Both the position numbers and the translations under genes were made by a program. The notes under the pieces are model-generated. The model did no database searches and was not told the DNA's origin. It saw nothing but the letters and a program-made list of their open reading frames with translations. DNA of 64,000 nt from Callorhinchus milii (lineage: Eukaryota). This document shows, piece by piece, positions 12,601 through 27,600 of this stretch. How positions within the stretch are numbered: position 1 is the first letter of the stretch; every line of letters begins with the position of its first letter. Where the stretch lies: the NCBI RefSeq assembly GCF_018977255.1, contig NW_024704742.1:106952001-107016000 (forward strand). The letters run 5' to 3'.

Positions 12601-15600
12601 TCCCTCCTCTGAGACGTCTCTTCTAGCCCCCGCTGACTCCATACCTGCAAGCTAATTGCTCTGCCTCCGGTCTCGGATACGTTGTTAGCTGCCACCCTCG
12701 ATCCGAGCTGCTTTCCCCCCAAATGCCCCCATCCCTGTCATCTACCCTGCATCACTCCTGTTTTGTCCTCCTATCCTTCCGTCCTCCTGGCCTCCTATCC
12801 CCATTTGACCATCCCAAAGATCCCTCTGCTCCAGCCTGGGAATCCTCCGTCAGGCTCACCATGGTACTCGCCGTTGGCTGTCAGAGCAGCAGCCACACTG
12901 ATTGCCCATTATCACCCATTATCACTGAAAGCCCTCCTGGCTCCAGACCTGGGAGAAAACCTCTTCTCCCTCACCCACATTCCCACCCTTTCTGTCAAGC
13001 CTCCCTCCCCACCCCCTCATTTCGCACATTCCTTTGCCAACTGTCCTACAAAATGTCCGCTCCCTTACCAACAAAGCCTTCACTGTCAACCGTCATCATT
13101 GATGGAAATATTGATATCCTCGCCCTCACAGAAACCTGGATCAACCCAGGCCACACCTTCCCCCTGAGGCCACACCACCCAGCTATACCTTCCACCATAC
13201 CCAACAACCTGGGCCAATAGAAAAGTGCGGCCACTCTTTTTCCGCAGAATGCGCTATAAACACCCACTCCATTACAAACCTGCTAAAACTGTAGTTTCTG
13301 GTCTCGCGCTGTGTACTCAACGGAACTTGAGGGCGGAGCAACTCTGGACTCACAAGCGGGATGCGGCACAAGTGGGAAATCACCCGTGTCCTCCACTGTC
13401 TCTACCCTCAGGCCACCAAAACCCTCATTCACGAGTTCATCACATCTAGGTTCAACTTTGCCAACTGCCTGCTTGTCGGCCTTCCCAACTCTTCCCTCCA
13501 CAAGCTGCAGATCATCCAGAACTCTGCAGCTCGTCTCCTCTGCCGCACCAGGCTCCGTGACCTTCTCACCCCCAACTCTCACCTGGCTCCACTGGCTCCC
13601 TATATCAGAGTTCAAAATCCTCATCCTCGCCTTCAATGCCCTCCACAGCTTTGCTCCTTCCTAGCTCCGTGACCTGCTAACCTCATATCAACATAGCCGT
13701 TCCCTCTGCTCGGCATGCTCTGGCCTGCTCCACATCCCCCGCCTGACTCACCATCAGCAGTCAGTTTCCTTTGGAACTCCATCCCACAGTGTTCAAATCC
13801 ATTCACTCCCTGGCACCTCCCTACCTCTCTGACTTCCTCACTTCCCAATCCACCACTTGGCGCTTCCACTCGACTTGCTCCACTCCTTTCATCTTACTCC
13901 CTCCTTTGCCTCCTTTAAAGCACGTCTCAAAGGTCCTCCTCTACAGTCGTGCATTCAGCTACCCTCCTACCCCTACCTCCCTGCCCTTCACCCCTCTCAT
14001 CCCAACCCCCTGCTCGGGTCCAAATACCTGACTGTCCAGCACCTTGGGACGTCCTCGCGACATTTATTGTTGTGTATTTTGCAGTGATTTAGCACTAATT
14101 TGTTTTGCTCCCCAGAATCTTTTTTGCTTTTTGACGTCTTTTGTTAGTTAGTTCATATATTTATAAAATAAAATGTCTTATGCTAGTTATTTTACATATC
14201 TCTGTATATTTATATTCATTTTATCAGTTCTGGGTGTTAGTTGATTAGCGGATCGCTTTCCGGGGGTAACAACCTCTCAAAAAAAAATCTCAATCCATGA
14301 GGATGTCTTCAAGTGTCCACAGTACGAGCTGGTGACACAAGCTGACCCAGGATGGGAGGAGTGGAAGGAGAGGGGGAATTCACAGTAAATATTAAATTCA
14401 GTTTCTGAACAGACCTCAAAATTGCAGTAGAAAAGATAGACATTCATCACCCTGAAAAATAATGAGACTGTGTTCCTTTGAAAACAACCATTGTGAAAAC
14501 TGCGCTTTACTGTGTGCAGTGGAAACATGTTCGTTCAGTTCTGTAAGCACCGGTCCTTGGCTTGCAGAGGCTGCTCTGCCTCAGTGACCTGCTGGGCAGC
14601 ATCCTCACTGGCATCTTGGCCTGACTTCACATCTGCTCTGATCAATCTCAATGGGGATTTCTTTTTGCATATTGATATCGCAGAGCAGGCAGGGCACGAA
14701 TAATTGTTTTTTCAGAGGCAGAATGCAGCATATCAGGCCATCCATCAAATACCCTCTTTCACATTTTTTTGCTCAGTCGGGTGACTGACACATGTGGAAA
14801 CGTATCATAATGCTTAAGGGAAATCAAACCAGACTGAGAGTTCCAGCTTTATATGCTAATTAAACATGGAAATTCCCCTGCGTCTGGAATAACAACTGGC
14901 ATTCATGTCGTGCCCTTCACATAGGATAATATATCAGGTACACTCAATTTTGTGGATGTTGTGTGTTCTCAAGCATTGACAGGCATAGTAACATAGGGCC
15001 GACCTTTTAAACGTTTCACAATATCCGCTAATATAAAGTACCTAACTATCGAACAGTATTTGCAATCTTTAGTTTGAAAAACTAAATTACATTAGGTGGC
15101 AGCTGCATCTAGCCCCCTCCCCACCACCAGTGGTGTCCATTGAGTTTCAAAAATAATCCTTGCATTTGATAAAGCGCTTTATCACATGGTCGTGACAACT
15201 CAAAAAGCTTCACAGGTTATACTGTAAAGTGGTGTGACTGTATATATTGTTGGTGAAGTTTCTTGCTACTGTTTTTGAAGGTAGTTGATGTTTCTAAGTT
15301 GTAGCCACCCCCCCCAACTCCCACCACCATCAAACATTTTGTCTTTTTTTCAGTTTTAATACTTTTCTCGGATGGATCTGCCAAAGATGGGAGAGAGAGG
15401 ATGTGATTACCATTTTGAGTGCAGAAGATAGTTGAAAAGATCTTTGAGTGAAAAATATCAGATGCAATACCCTGTGTAGTTACTATTGTCATCTTCAAAG
15501 GAAATCTTCACCTTGAAGTTCTTCCTTATTTATACTTTTGTGTTTCTGTCTACCAGGATGACTCAATACAATCCTTCATGTGATCATATCTAACTCGTGA

Positions 15601-18600
15601 TAATTATAATTTAACAAAGAATGACTGTTGTTCTCTTCCCACAAATGGTCTGTGAGTTGTTCATTACATTTAATGCTTATTTTAACCACAATAACAATGG
15701 TATGTTTTGCACTTCAGTTATCTGAATATACAAATCTAATGGTTATTCCCTACTTTGGCAGAACTTTATAGAACTATTCTTTAAATCAGAGAAATCTTGC
15801 AATTAAAATGCTTGGTCTGTTCCTTCTAACTGGGTGAAGGGTTTTGATGAGATGTGGTCTGTCAGGTTCGATTCTTGCCAGCAGTTTGTGTAATCCCAGA
15901 AGATTAGGAGAGATTGCAGGGTTTTTTAAAACATTTTTCTTCTTTCTCCCGTCTGTGAGACCATCAAAGCAAAGATAGTTCATGTGCCATCTTTTTTCCT
16001 GATCTTTGTTTCTGATCTTCAGTCATTTGATTTTTGCCTCCTAGCTTTATCACACAGGGTTTCAAAAATTGCTTCTCTTTGTTTTCAAGGAGCTGGTTCT
16101 CCACAGCAACTTACTTTGATGTGTTCCCTGTCACTATTTTGCATCAAGTCAATTTTATTATTTGAATATTGGTTATACTAGGAAACTGCTTTGATCAGCC
16201 ATGTAAAAATTCCACCATCTTTATTTACCACCTTTGAGTGGCGCATGCTGTTTTCTTACTCTTTATTTTCTAATTGAAGGTTCTTACTTCTTTGAGCCAG
16301 ATGTTATCAGAGTTCTTTCAATGTTTGATGGTAATTTCCAGATGTCCAAGAGGTTCAGAGAAATAATTTAATTAGTTAGTCAGGAGCTGCAAAGAAGTTA
16401 CCACGGTCACAGCAAAACATCCCATTGGCCATATTGAGAACATAACATTGTACAAAAAAAGAGCATTTTTGACAATGAAAACTGCTCCTCCACAGACCAT
16501 GTGCAATATACCGTAACCTGGAAAATACCCCAAGCAATTCTTCACTGATTACCATGAGTAACCAAATAAAAACTCAAATGTGTATCCAACCTTCCCACCT
16601 ATAATTTGCATCCCTAGCTTGTTGCGCTTTTTAGCTAATATTTGTACAGTCACAGTAACAGACACCTTCACATTCCGTTTTTATTTGTCTTAATAATAAT
16701 TCTTTTCAGATATTTGCGCAACAGTTGTTTGGAAGGAATTAATTGGCAGCACACCAACTGTTTGTTTTTTTGGCTGAGCATCTTGTCCTCATCTCCACTG
16801 CTCTGTGTAGGACAAATGACATTGATGCCTACCCAAGGGGTAACTGTACAATTAATTATTTGCTAATTTTCTATTCAGGCAAGGTGATAATAATTTTCAA
16901 GTGGAAATGCAGTTTTTCTTTTTGTTTCAGATACTTGTGCTGCTTCCAACATCAATGGCAGCTTGTCCACCTACAACAACTTGGGGGAGTCTCCAAACTT
17001 TAATTTCCTATACATCTTTATCCTGGGGCAGCTGTTGTGTGGTGTCGGAGGCGTTCCTTTATACACACTGGGGACAGCCTCCATTGATGAATGTGTGCCT
17101 CATGAAAAGAGTTCCCTTTATATAGGTATGTGAAGGCCTTGTATCTTTTTTATGGAAGTTTGGCACATTGAACTGCTCTAGTGTAAACTACTAGCTCTTT
17201 GAGATGTCTCAACAATGTTATAAGGCACTATATCAAACGCAAAGATTACTATTACTAGCTTTTGGAGAAATTGTTTTGTTTTTGGAGTAGGGGCACGATA
17301 TTCAAATCGGACCAAACTCCATACCCCCATTTCACCAGTTCTGGCCAGGCTGCACTGGCTCCCCATCACTGAATGGATCAACATCAAGATTCTTACACTG
17401 TTTTCAAATCCCTTCACTCCCTGGCACCTCCCTACCTCTCCAACCTTCTTGCTTCCCAATCCACCAAGTGGCTCCTGCTTGTCCCTCGCGCCCTCTGCTC
17501 CAGCATTGGTGATCACACGTTCAGCTGCTATGCCCCGAAACTCTGGAACACTCTCCCTCAATTCCTCCGCCTTCTTTTACCTTCTTCAATTCCTGAGAAT
17601 TTTCCTTTTCAACCTTGCTTAGGGTCACCTCCCCCCGCCCGACTCGTAGTCAGGCTCCGCCACTGATAAGCACTTTGAGACACTATCCTGTGTGGAGGGC
17701 GCTATATAAATTCAAGTTGTTTTGACATGATATTTACATGAAAGTGCTTGACAAGTTTGTTTTGCTCGATGAAGGAAAAGAACGAGAAGATCCATGTGAC
17801 ATTTTAGTCATGGCCTGGGCCAACAGAAAAGTGTGGATGTTTTTACAAAAACAATGTGGAGCACTTTGTGAATCTTGCAGGGGATTGCAGAGGTCTTTGT
17901 TAGATTTTATGGAGTGATTGGTGCTATTGAGCTATATTTTACTGCTACATTTTTCACTTTATTGATAAAAACTATATAATAAATAATAATCCTTGCATTT
18001 GATATAGCGCTTTTAACGTCTTCTAGACATCTCAAAGCGCTTCACAGAATATATTGTAAAGTGAATTGACTGTACATGTGTATCCCAGCACCTTGGGAAG
18101 GTCTTCCCGATATGAAAGGCACCATACAAATGTAATTTTGTTGTTCTATTTGTCGGTGAAACGCGGCAGCCAATTGCGCACAGCAGTGTCCCACAAACAG
18201 TCGTGGATTGAAGTGACCAATTTATTATTGTTTTTTTTCTTGAGGAATTATTATCAGACGTGTGGAGCAAGGAAACTTGCCCAAGGTTTCGATCTGCTGG
18301 GAATTAAACCCAGGTCTCTCGCTTGTGCTCTAACCACTGAGCTCCAGGACTCCACATTCCTAAACATAAGGAAGTAACACAATTGTTGCAAAATAATTAT
18401 TAATTGCTTTTTAAAAAAAACTCGGTGGCTTTTTTTTGGTGGGGTGGGGGAACATCAGCAAGGCTATAGGAGCTCACCACCTCCTGCCTCTCAGGGCCGG
18501 CACTGCACGCAGACACATTCAGACACAGAGAGAGAAACACACTCACAGACACAGAGAGGCAATCTCAGAGAGAGAGAGAGAGAGAGACATACTTACTTAT

Positions 18601-21600
18601 AAACAACAACAACTTGCACTTATATAGAGCCCTCCACACAGGGTAGCGTCTCAGAGCGCTTAACAGTGGTGGAGCCTGACTCCCAGCCACGGGAAGGGTG
18701 GAGGTGGCCGTAAGCACGGTTGAAGAGGAAAGTTTTCAGGCGAGACTTGAGAAAGGGGACAAGACAGAGGGATTGAGGGAGAGTGTTCCAGAATTTTGTG
18801 GCGTAGTCGCTGAAAGCACAACCTCCAATGGTGTGACGGAGGGTGTGAGGGCCAAGCAGTCGGCCATTGCCGGTCGAGTGGAGGAGCTGTGTGGTAGATT
18901 GGGGAGTGAGGAGATCAGAGAAGTAGGGAGAAAGTGTAGGACCTCTTCGAACTTGCCGTTTGACACGAGGATAGGGGAGGCTTGAGGGGGTGCATGGAGG
19001 AGGTGATGGATGGTGGAAAGTAGCGTCTTAGGATTGTTGTTTGCCACCAGGATGACCTTGGAGTAAAAGTCAGTTTGGGCTTGTGAAAAGGAGAGGTTGT
19101 AGGTGCGGAGGTGCTCGAGCCACAGATGGAGGTGAATCATAAGGCTGGATTTCTGCCATCTAAGCTCGAGCATCCGGGTTTGTGTTTTGAAAGAGACAGA
19201 CACAAAGAGACACACACCCAGACAGACAGAGAGACACATTCACATAGAGACACACATACACATAGAAGAGACATAGACACACTCACAAAGAGACAATCAC
19301 AACAACAGGGCCTCCGACTGAAGCCCATTTGCCACTTGACCCGCACTGCGCATGCGCATCGGGAGCCGCTCTGCCAAATGTGACATCAGGTAAACAGCAC
19401 GAGCGGCCCGCAGGCCAGAAACTACATTTATGATGGGTTTGTAGTGGACGTGGGTCGTTGTAGCAGAAAAGGTGCAGCCTCACTTATCTATTGGCCCAGG
19501 TCAATGCTACGTCAAAAGCAAGGACTTTTGTACAATGATCTATTTTAAGAGAATTTAAAAGAAAAAGGATGAAATGGATTCTCCTGAATTGCCACATAAT
19601 TCTAACTGTTTCAAAATAGGTTAGACGTGTGCAAGAAGTTATTTTAAAAAAATCTCTCGCACTTTCTATTCTCTTATTTTATTTCTGAAGGTATGATCTT
19701 TAGGTCTTGCACAGCAGGAAAAGATAGATATTATAGATAGATACAGAAAAGAAACGATAGATTGAGGATCCGCACACCAAATTTTCCCTCTTTAATTGTA
19801 AACACTACAACTATCCTGACCGCTGGCTGTGTGTGAGAAGAGGAACACAGGTCCTCGGTATGTTTAGAGATGAAAATTTTCTGCATTTCTAAAGACACAA
19901 TTGTTAGGAATATAGATATTCGCGCAGCTTCAGAATACATTACATTAGCGCCATTGTTTCTCAATGTTAGTCTCAGTCCTGGAATGGGATTACCTCATGG
20001 CTGGTCCACAGCAGAGATCTCTTTAGATGAAGTGACCTGACATGTTTATTTAATAATGGTCCATCCACATTTAAGAAGAATTTGAGCTAGTCCTGAGTAT
20101 CAAAAGGTTGTTCTCATTGTTATTCCAAATGTTGGTGGTATCTGAATGTAAAATGTCATAATAAATATGGTTGATTCCTTATAAATACCTGGCACAATTA
20201 GACTTTTATACAATCCCTGTGTGTGTTTTTTTTTAAATTTGAGTTAGACTATATTAGTAATTTAATCAGAATGCAAATATCAAGTAACTGAAATTATAAA
20301 TAGAAATATGAGTAAATGATTTTATCTTGTATTTGGTAGAATTTCCATTCTAATTAATAAATCCATGCTGTGAAATCTCCCAGGTATTGGAACTGGCTTG
20401 TCCATTCTGGGGCCTGCCATTGGCTTTACTTTCGGTGGAAAGATGCTGAATGTCTATATTGATGTTAACAAAGTTTCCAAGTAAGTTAATTTTCATTCTT
20501 CTAAATCCCATCATATTTTCTCAATTGAAAGACTGGCATACCTGAAGGGCACGCTGAATAACGTATACTTCAGAAGACTAATAATAACATGTACAATAAT
20601 ATGCATTTATAATGCATCTTTGACCTAAAATTAAACTATTTGAAGCACTTTACCAGCCCCCAACATCTTGGGAAGTCCTCCCAACATAAAACGCGCTATA
20701 CAAATGTAATTTTGTTGTTGTTGTTTACAAAATGTAATTCATTAGAAGTTAAAGTGAAAGTTGCTATTTAGCTAAACACAGCAGCGTCTGAGTCAGCATC
20801 TCAGCGCCTGACCCCGAGCCAGGGGGAGAGGGAGGGGGAGGTGACTACAAGTACAATCAAAAACAAAGGTCTTTAGGTGGGATTTGAAAGTGGGGAGGGA
20901 GGGGGAAAGGCGGAGGGATTGAGGGAGAGAGTTCAGGGCGTAGTGGCTCAAAGCGTGGCCACCGATGGTGGATCAGAGAAGAGGGACGAACAGGAGGCCA
21001 GAGCCAGCCGAGCGGAGGCAGTGAGTGGGGGGGAGGGAAGCAAATCAGACAGGTAGGGAGATGCGAGAGCATGAAAGTCTTTGGAAAGATCAGGAGCTAA
21101 CTAATTTGAATACGGGATAAATTTTGGAATATAACAACAACTGCATTCATATAGCGCCCTTCAGATGGGGTAGCATCCCAGACTGCTTTAAATTAGCGTA
21201 ACCAGGAAACAGCATTCCAGCACGTTAGGAAGCAAAGCATTTATTGTATTCCTTTGGGTACACTTTTAAAAAGCTCATGTATTTCTTAACTAACTAATCT
21301 AACCAACTAACTGCAATATACATAAAGTACAGGAATTTTCAAAAATCTTACAAAGTTGAAAAGATGAGAACTTATCTGGTTTTACATTTTTAAATGAGTT
21401 CCCACCACAGTCAAGAAGGTCATTCATTCGTATTTCAATATTGCCTCGTACAACCTGTAATGGAATGCCTTCAAGGAAAACTTAAGGTTCAAATTTGGAT
21501 AGTAGCAGAAAACATTTTGGTAGAGCATTTTGTTTAAATATTAGTCATAGTTAAGTAAAAAATCTAAGTTCATCGTGAAAGAGTAACATTGATTTTAAAA

Positions 21601-24600
21601 ACGTAATCTAAATTTCAAGAATCTGTCTCAACACAAAATATATTATGTGTTGGAGAAAATTGTGGTATCCCCATTGCCTACATTGTATATTGTATAGATG
21701 TTCTGGACAATGGAAGTTAGTTGCTGTTTTCTTCTCAAATGTTAGACCAAAAATTAGAAGAGAAAGTTAGTTCAAGTAGTGAAAAGTCAAGAAGTCAAGA
21801 TTACCACAACTATGTTTGATTATTGTACCTGATATTTCCTCTGCATTCAATTAAAGTATACTTAAACATAGATTGAGAACCATCAATACAGCAAGAATTG
21901 CTATTTTGATTAAATAATTCAATGATATTGTAAACCAATGATCTAGGAGCACAAATCTGCACCTTACAAGCTTACGGCAATATTGATCTTTTGTTACCTT
22001 CCTTTACACGTGGATTGTTTGACTGGATGATTATAGATAATCAGAAACGATTGCTTCATACAGAGAATACACTGGCGCAGAATTGGCTGTTTAAAACAGA
22101 TGTAAATACTTAGTTATTAAGGTGTAGGGAAAAATTAGCTTAAAGATCTGCCATGGCTAATAACAGACCCAAAGGTTGAATTCCAGTCACTATGGAACAG
22201 GTTGGAAGAAGGCAATTTCACTAATACTGAAACAACTACAGAACAAACTGCAACTAGGATTCTAACTATTTTGTGGTTATCTGCCAGTACAAATTGTACT
22301 ACAAAAAGTCAATTATTTTCCAAAAGTCCACCACAGTCACTTTAATTATTTATTCTAACCCACAGTACATTTTCTCTCTAGAATTCCATACAGTGGCGCT
22401 AAATTGGACTGGAATTGCACTCTATTCAACACTACCATATTAATTTAATGGAATTAATCTCTGCTTAATCCCTCCTTAGGCTGCAAGTCATCCAGAACTC
22501 TGCAGCCTGTTCTCTTGCGCACCAGACTCCGTAACCCATTCACCCCCATCTTCCCCAACTCCACTAGCTTCCCATCACATGGAGGATACAGTTCAAGATC
22601 CTAGTCCTCACCTTCAAAGCCTTCCATGGCCTTGCTCCCCCTTACCTCTGCGACCTCCTAACCCCCTCTTCAACAGTGCCTTCGATCACCCTCCTTCCCC
22701 CTCTGCCCTCCACACTCCCCAATCCTGATCCTCAGCTCGGGTCCGAAACACTGACTGTCCAGTACCTTGGGACATCCTCCCGACCTGAAAGGCACTATAC
22801 AAATGTAATTTTGTTGTTGCTTTGCTGAATAAAAACTGATTTTTTAACACAACAGCATTCTATTTTCAAACAAAGTACTTTATTTTGGGTGAAAAGGAGA
22901 GTACTTCAGCAGAACTCTTAAAGGCTAATTTAACTAAACATTTAAATGGAACCAGTTAATATGGAAAATCTCAGGCTTTTAATGGGTTCTGGTGATGGTG
23001 GGCTGACAGGTTGTGATATTGTGAATACATTCTTACACTAAAAGGCTGTTATTTTGTTTTCAGTGTTGATTTACAGATCAATGATTCTCGATGGCTTGGT
23101 GCCTGGTGGATTGGGTTTCTAATGTGCTGGGTATTAGCCTGGTGTCTGATTCTGCCTATGTCTTGCTTCCCAAAACATCTACCAGGTAAATTTCACAACT
23201 AATTATTATTGATTAATATTCATTTTATTAAAAGTGCAAACAGCTTGCTGGTTTCCAGAAGACTAAACAATTAAAATAATTTGAAGGAGCTGTTTGCCTG
23301 AGTCATATATTTTATAAGTTATGGTGAATTGATGTTGGACAATTTATTTCCTATATATACGTATATTTCCTATGGATTGGCTTGGAGTTGAGATGTGGCT
23401 CAATGTGCTATATCTGATGGGTTTGCATGCAGTGTCTCAAATGGGAAAGTGCTTAATTTCTACCATGAACATCCCTGACTTTGAAGAGCACAAATTTCAG
23501 CATTTTATATTAGATATTGTACCAGTACTCTTGTATCAATGGGTCTATTTCACAATTGTACAAAACCCCCTTTTCACAAATTCATGGAAGCAGCAAGAGT
23601 AAAGGACCAGTTCCATATTCCCCTCCTCCCCAAACTCCAAAGAATCTTGGAAAATAATTTTATTCCATCACAAGCCACAGACACTCAAGACCTCCGGCAG
23701 TTCTGTGAGTATTTAATTCCTCACTTGATTTTCTCAGACTCATCACATTCTTAACAGTAACCAAACTGAGAGCTCCACAATTATATGCAAAAGACGCATT
23801 GACATGTCTCTGTCTGGAATTCAAATGCCAACTCTCTCTGTTGTGGATGCACCCTGCTTACTTAAATCTGGAGAGTATTCATCATAGATTGGCGAGAACC
23901 AAGATTTGGACCCCCAGAGTGTGAGGTGGGATACTGCTGAAATAGAGGCAGCTAAATCCTGGTAGCTTTCCATTGAGAGCACTGTTCAGCAAGCTTCGTT
24001 CTGCTTGTTTAGATAGGACCACCATGCCCTTTATACGTTTCACTTGCAGCTTAACAGGAGCTGAGTAGAAATAAATCCCTGAATTTGCCAAGGAGTCAGG
24101 CTGACTGTTCTGTTGCAGAGCCTTGGAGTACCTCAGACCTGCCTAGCTCAGTTGCTGGTCTATGGAGAGCAGAGGTTTGACCAGTTGCCAAAATTCAGTT
24201 GCCATGCACCTGGAGTCAGCTCAGCTCCAAACAAACTACTTACCTCTCCCATTTAAATGTTCCATTTAAATGTTTAGTTAAAGTACCGAGAGTATTATTG
24301 GGAGGTGACCAAGGAAGTAGAATTTATGCTAAAGGGACCTCACAAAAATCTAAAACATTTCTTAAGATAACTTGTTTACATGACAAGCTGTTGACATGCA
24401 GAATAGACTGTGCATTGAATGTAGGCTAAAACACTAAGGAAAACTAGAGCTACCTAATTGCAGGCTCATGTCAAGGCACTAGGTGCTATGGGAATATCTA
24501 GACACACTTAGATTTAGTGATACAGTTGATGGAAGAAGGCAATGATACAGTAGATTTTCCAAGATTTGTGGAAGGAGCGCTCTGAGTAGACAAAATGATC

Positions 24601-27600
24601 CTTTCTCATTCCACGTTTTCTTATATTCTCACTCCCCAACAAAATAATGCCCATGATCAGCTCATTCATCATACCCTGCATCATAAAATAAATTTTGTTC
24701 TATCCTTGAAAACTCCAATTTGCAAACTTTAATCTTGAAGCGAAAGCTGTATTTAACTACCTAATTGCGACTTTTGTCTGCTTGTAAATGATTTACCGTG
24801 TGGCATTCAGGGACACTGGCTAACAGCCAACAGAAACATGATTTACAGCACTGCACTCAACCTTGCAGTTGGCAAGGCGTACAACCTAAATTGTGCCGCA
24901 GAAATTACAGTTAATAAACTTCAGTCATTTATAGAAATGTTTATTTTGCATACAACACAAAAACAGACCTGATTTACGGATGAATGCCTGGAAATGTAAT
25001 CATTCATGTATTCTGAAGAATGTTGAGGATTATAAGTACTTAAGGATAACTGAAGCTTCATGGCAGCTTTGACAGGTTCAGTCACCATTAGATTATACAC
25101 AACAGTGTATCAGAGTAATGAATTACGCCAAAGGAAACTGCTCTCCCTTGCTGTATTAATTTGTAGAATAAAACCTGGCTTCACCTCTCTCTTTTCATAT
25201 CACAGTTATGTACAGTGTGCTCCAAGACTCTATCATTGGTCCTCTCTTCATTGTTTACATATTCTCCCTTAGTCATATCAACTGTAGACATTATGTCCAC
25301 TTTCTTATGTACATGAATGATACCCAGCTCCACTTTCTGCATCCACCTTCAATTCCAGATCTACTGTTGTTCTGATAAACTGCTTTCAGATATCAAGTCA
25401 TGTATGGATGAGTTGTAACTTTCTCCAAGTGAACATTGAAAAAACAGGCCATCCTGCTCGGCTCTTGTCAGTACCTCCTGAGCTCAGGAACTCACCATAT
25501 CTACCTCTGTTTTCTCCCTTCAAATCATGGAGTGTTTGCAGAATCTGTGCTTTGTGTGACTCTTAGCTCTCATTTAAACTTTCATCCTGGCTCTGACCAA
25601 ATCTGCTTTCTTCCATCTCTGCAATATTGCTCACCTCTGTCACAATGCAGCCGAAACACTCATCCATATCTTTATAATCTCCAGACTGGACTTCTCCAGT
25701 GAACCTGTTTGCCACTTCCTCATCTGCATCCTTCACAAACTCCAAACCATACATAACGTTGCAGCCTATATCCTGTTATCCACCAGGCTCTTTGAGCCCA
25801 TCATCCCCATTATCTGTCTCCTAGCTCTACTGGTCCCTATCCCCTCATGGATCAATTTAAGATCCTTACCTTGCCTACAAATATCGCCATGGCCTTGCAC
25901 CACCCTGCAACTCTACTCCCTTTTCTCCACCAACTCTGGTCTGACTCATAACTCCCACCCACTCCACTGCCCACCACCACTTCAACAAGTGAACCTTCAG
26001 CCACTCTCTTCTAAAATCTCTTCATCTTTTACCCTTTGCCTCTCTGTTTTCAAATCCGGGTTGAAGGCCTATCGCTTTCATTGTGCTTTCGGCCACCCAC
26101 CACCCAGCTTCCTCTCTCTAATATAAGTGTAAATTGTTTTTTCCCCCTTTTTCCCCCTTTTCCCCCTTCTCTTTGACCGTGCCTTCAGCTCCCCTCTCGA
26201 CTCTCTTCCTCCTCCTCGCTCCCTCCCTTCCCTCCCCTCACCCTGACCATTTCCCCCCTCCTCTCTCCCTCCCTTCCCTCCCCTCACCCTGACCATTTCC
26301 CCCCTGCTCGGGTCATGACCCAACTGTGCAGCGCCTTGGGACGTCCTCCTGACGTGAAAGGCGCTCTATAAATGGAATCTTGTTGTTGTTGTTGTTTTGG
26401 TCTGTAAAGTGTGTATGCATCCACAGAATAAACTTCAGTTGGCAAGGAAGGATGAATCAGACTTGTCCTTGAATCATCAATATTGCTTTAATCTTGGCCA
26501 GCAGGATGCATGCTTGTGATGAACCTGAGGTAGCCCTGATACTTTATGTCCTTCAATATGTGCCAGACAGAGACAAATGAAACTCATCTCAACTGTGACT
26601 GATGGATTCCAGAGATATATTTTGCAGGCCTTAGTCATCTGATGAAAACACAGGCGCATAATTATTCCATCAGGCAATGTTCTTCATTTTAACAGTAATG
26701 TTTTCCGTGAATTATAATTTTAGATAAGCAACGGAAACACTTTAAACTGCAGCTTCAAATCTTACACAATTAAAATGAAGATTGTTTATCTTTCAATAGC
26801 AATGGTAACACAATGTTCTTACAAAGTCATTGTAGTTTAACTACACTCAAACTAAAAAATATTGACTCCGATGTCCCACAATTGGCAATTTAAATGAAAG
26901 GGAAGGTAATTGTTAAGGTATGTATTGCAAATTAACGGTTTGTGCTCATAGAGCATCTTTCTGTTTTGTTTAAAGGTTTTTTTTGTTTTAACTACCTCTG
27001 TTCACAGGCTCCTTTAGGGAGCCTGATGTCCAGCTGTCCAAGTGTCAAATGGAGCACATCTGCTGCAGTGTTAATGATAATAATAATCCTTGCATTTAAT
27101 GTAATGCCTTATGTTGTCTCAAAATCTCAAAGGGCTTAACATGATTTACTGCAAAGTCTATTATGTCTTTCATTTGCTTAATTATCTCCAAAAACAGTAA
27201 TTCATTTTGGATGTAATGGGACAGTGTTGTCAGGCGAGTCCGCAGTAGTCCAGGTCACTACTGATGACAGCACAGCCAGGCTGGCTCATTGGCAGGACTT
27301 GGAAGGACAGACCAGTCACTTGGGCAAGGAGACTGTGAGATTGGACAGTGAGAATGGATGTTGAGATATGGAACCTAGTTGTTTGCTGACCCAGAGGGAC
27401 ATCCTGGGCCCAAAATGTTGCTTAGTGTGGCTTAATGCTTGTTACCACGTATCGACCATAATAATAATTTTGAACTAAAATTTTTGAATAATAATTTTGA
27501 ACACATTTCACATAGGGAAGACATCTTAAAGCCCTTCTCAGGATGTACCTGCTTAGCTAATACTAGAGAGTTTAGGTTTGCAAGAGGCAAGGCTTGGGGA

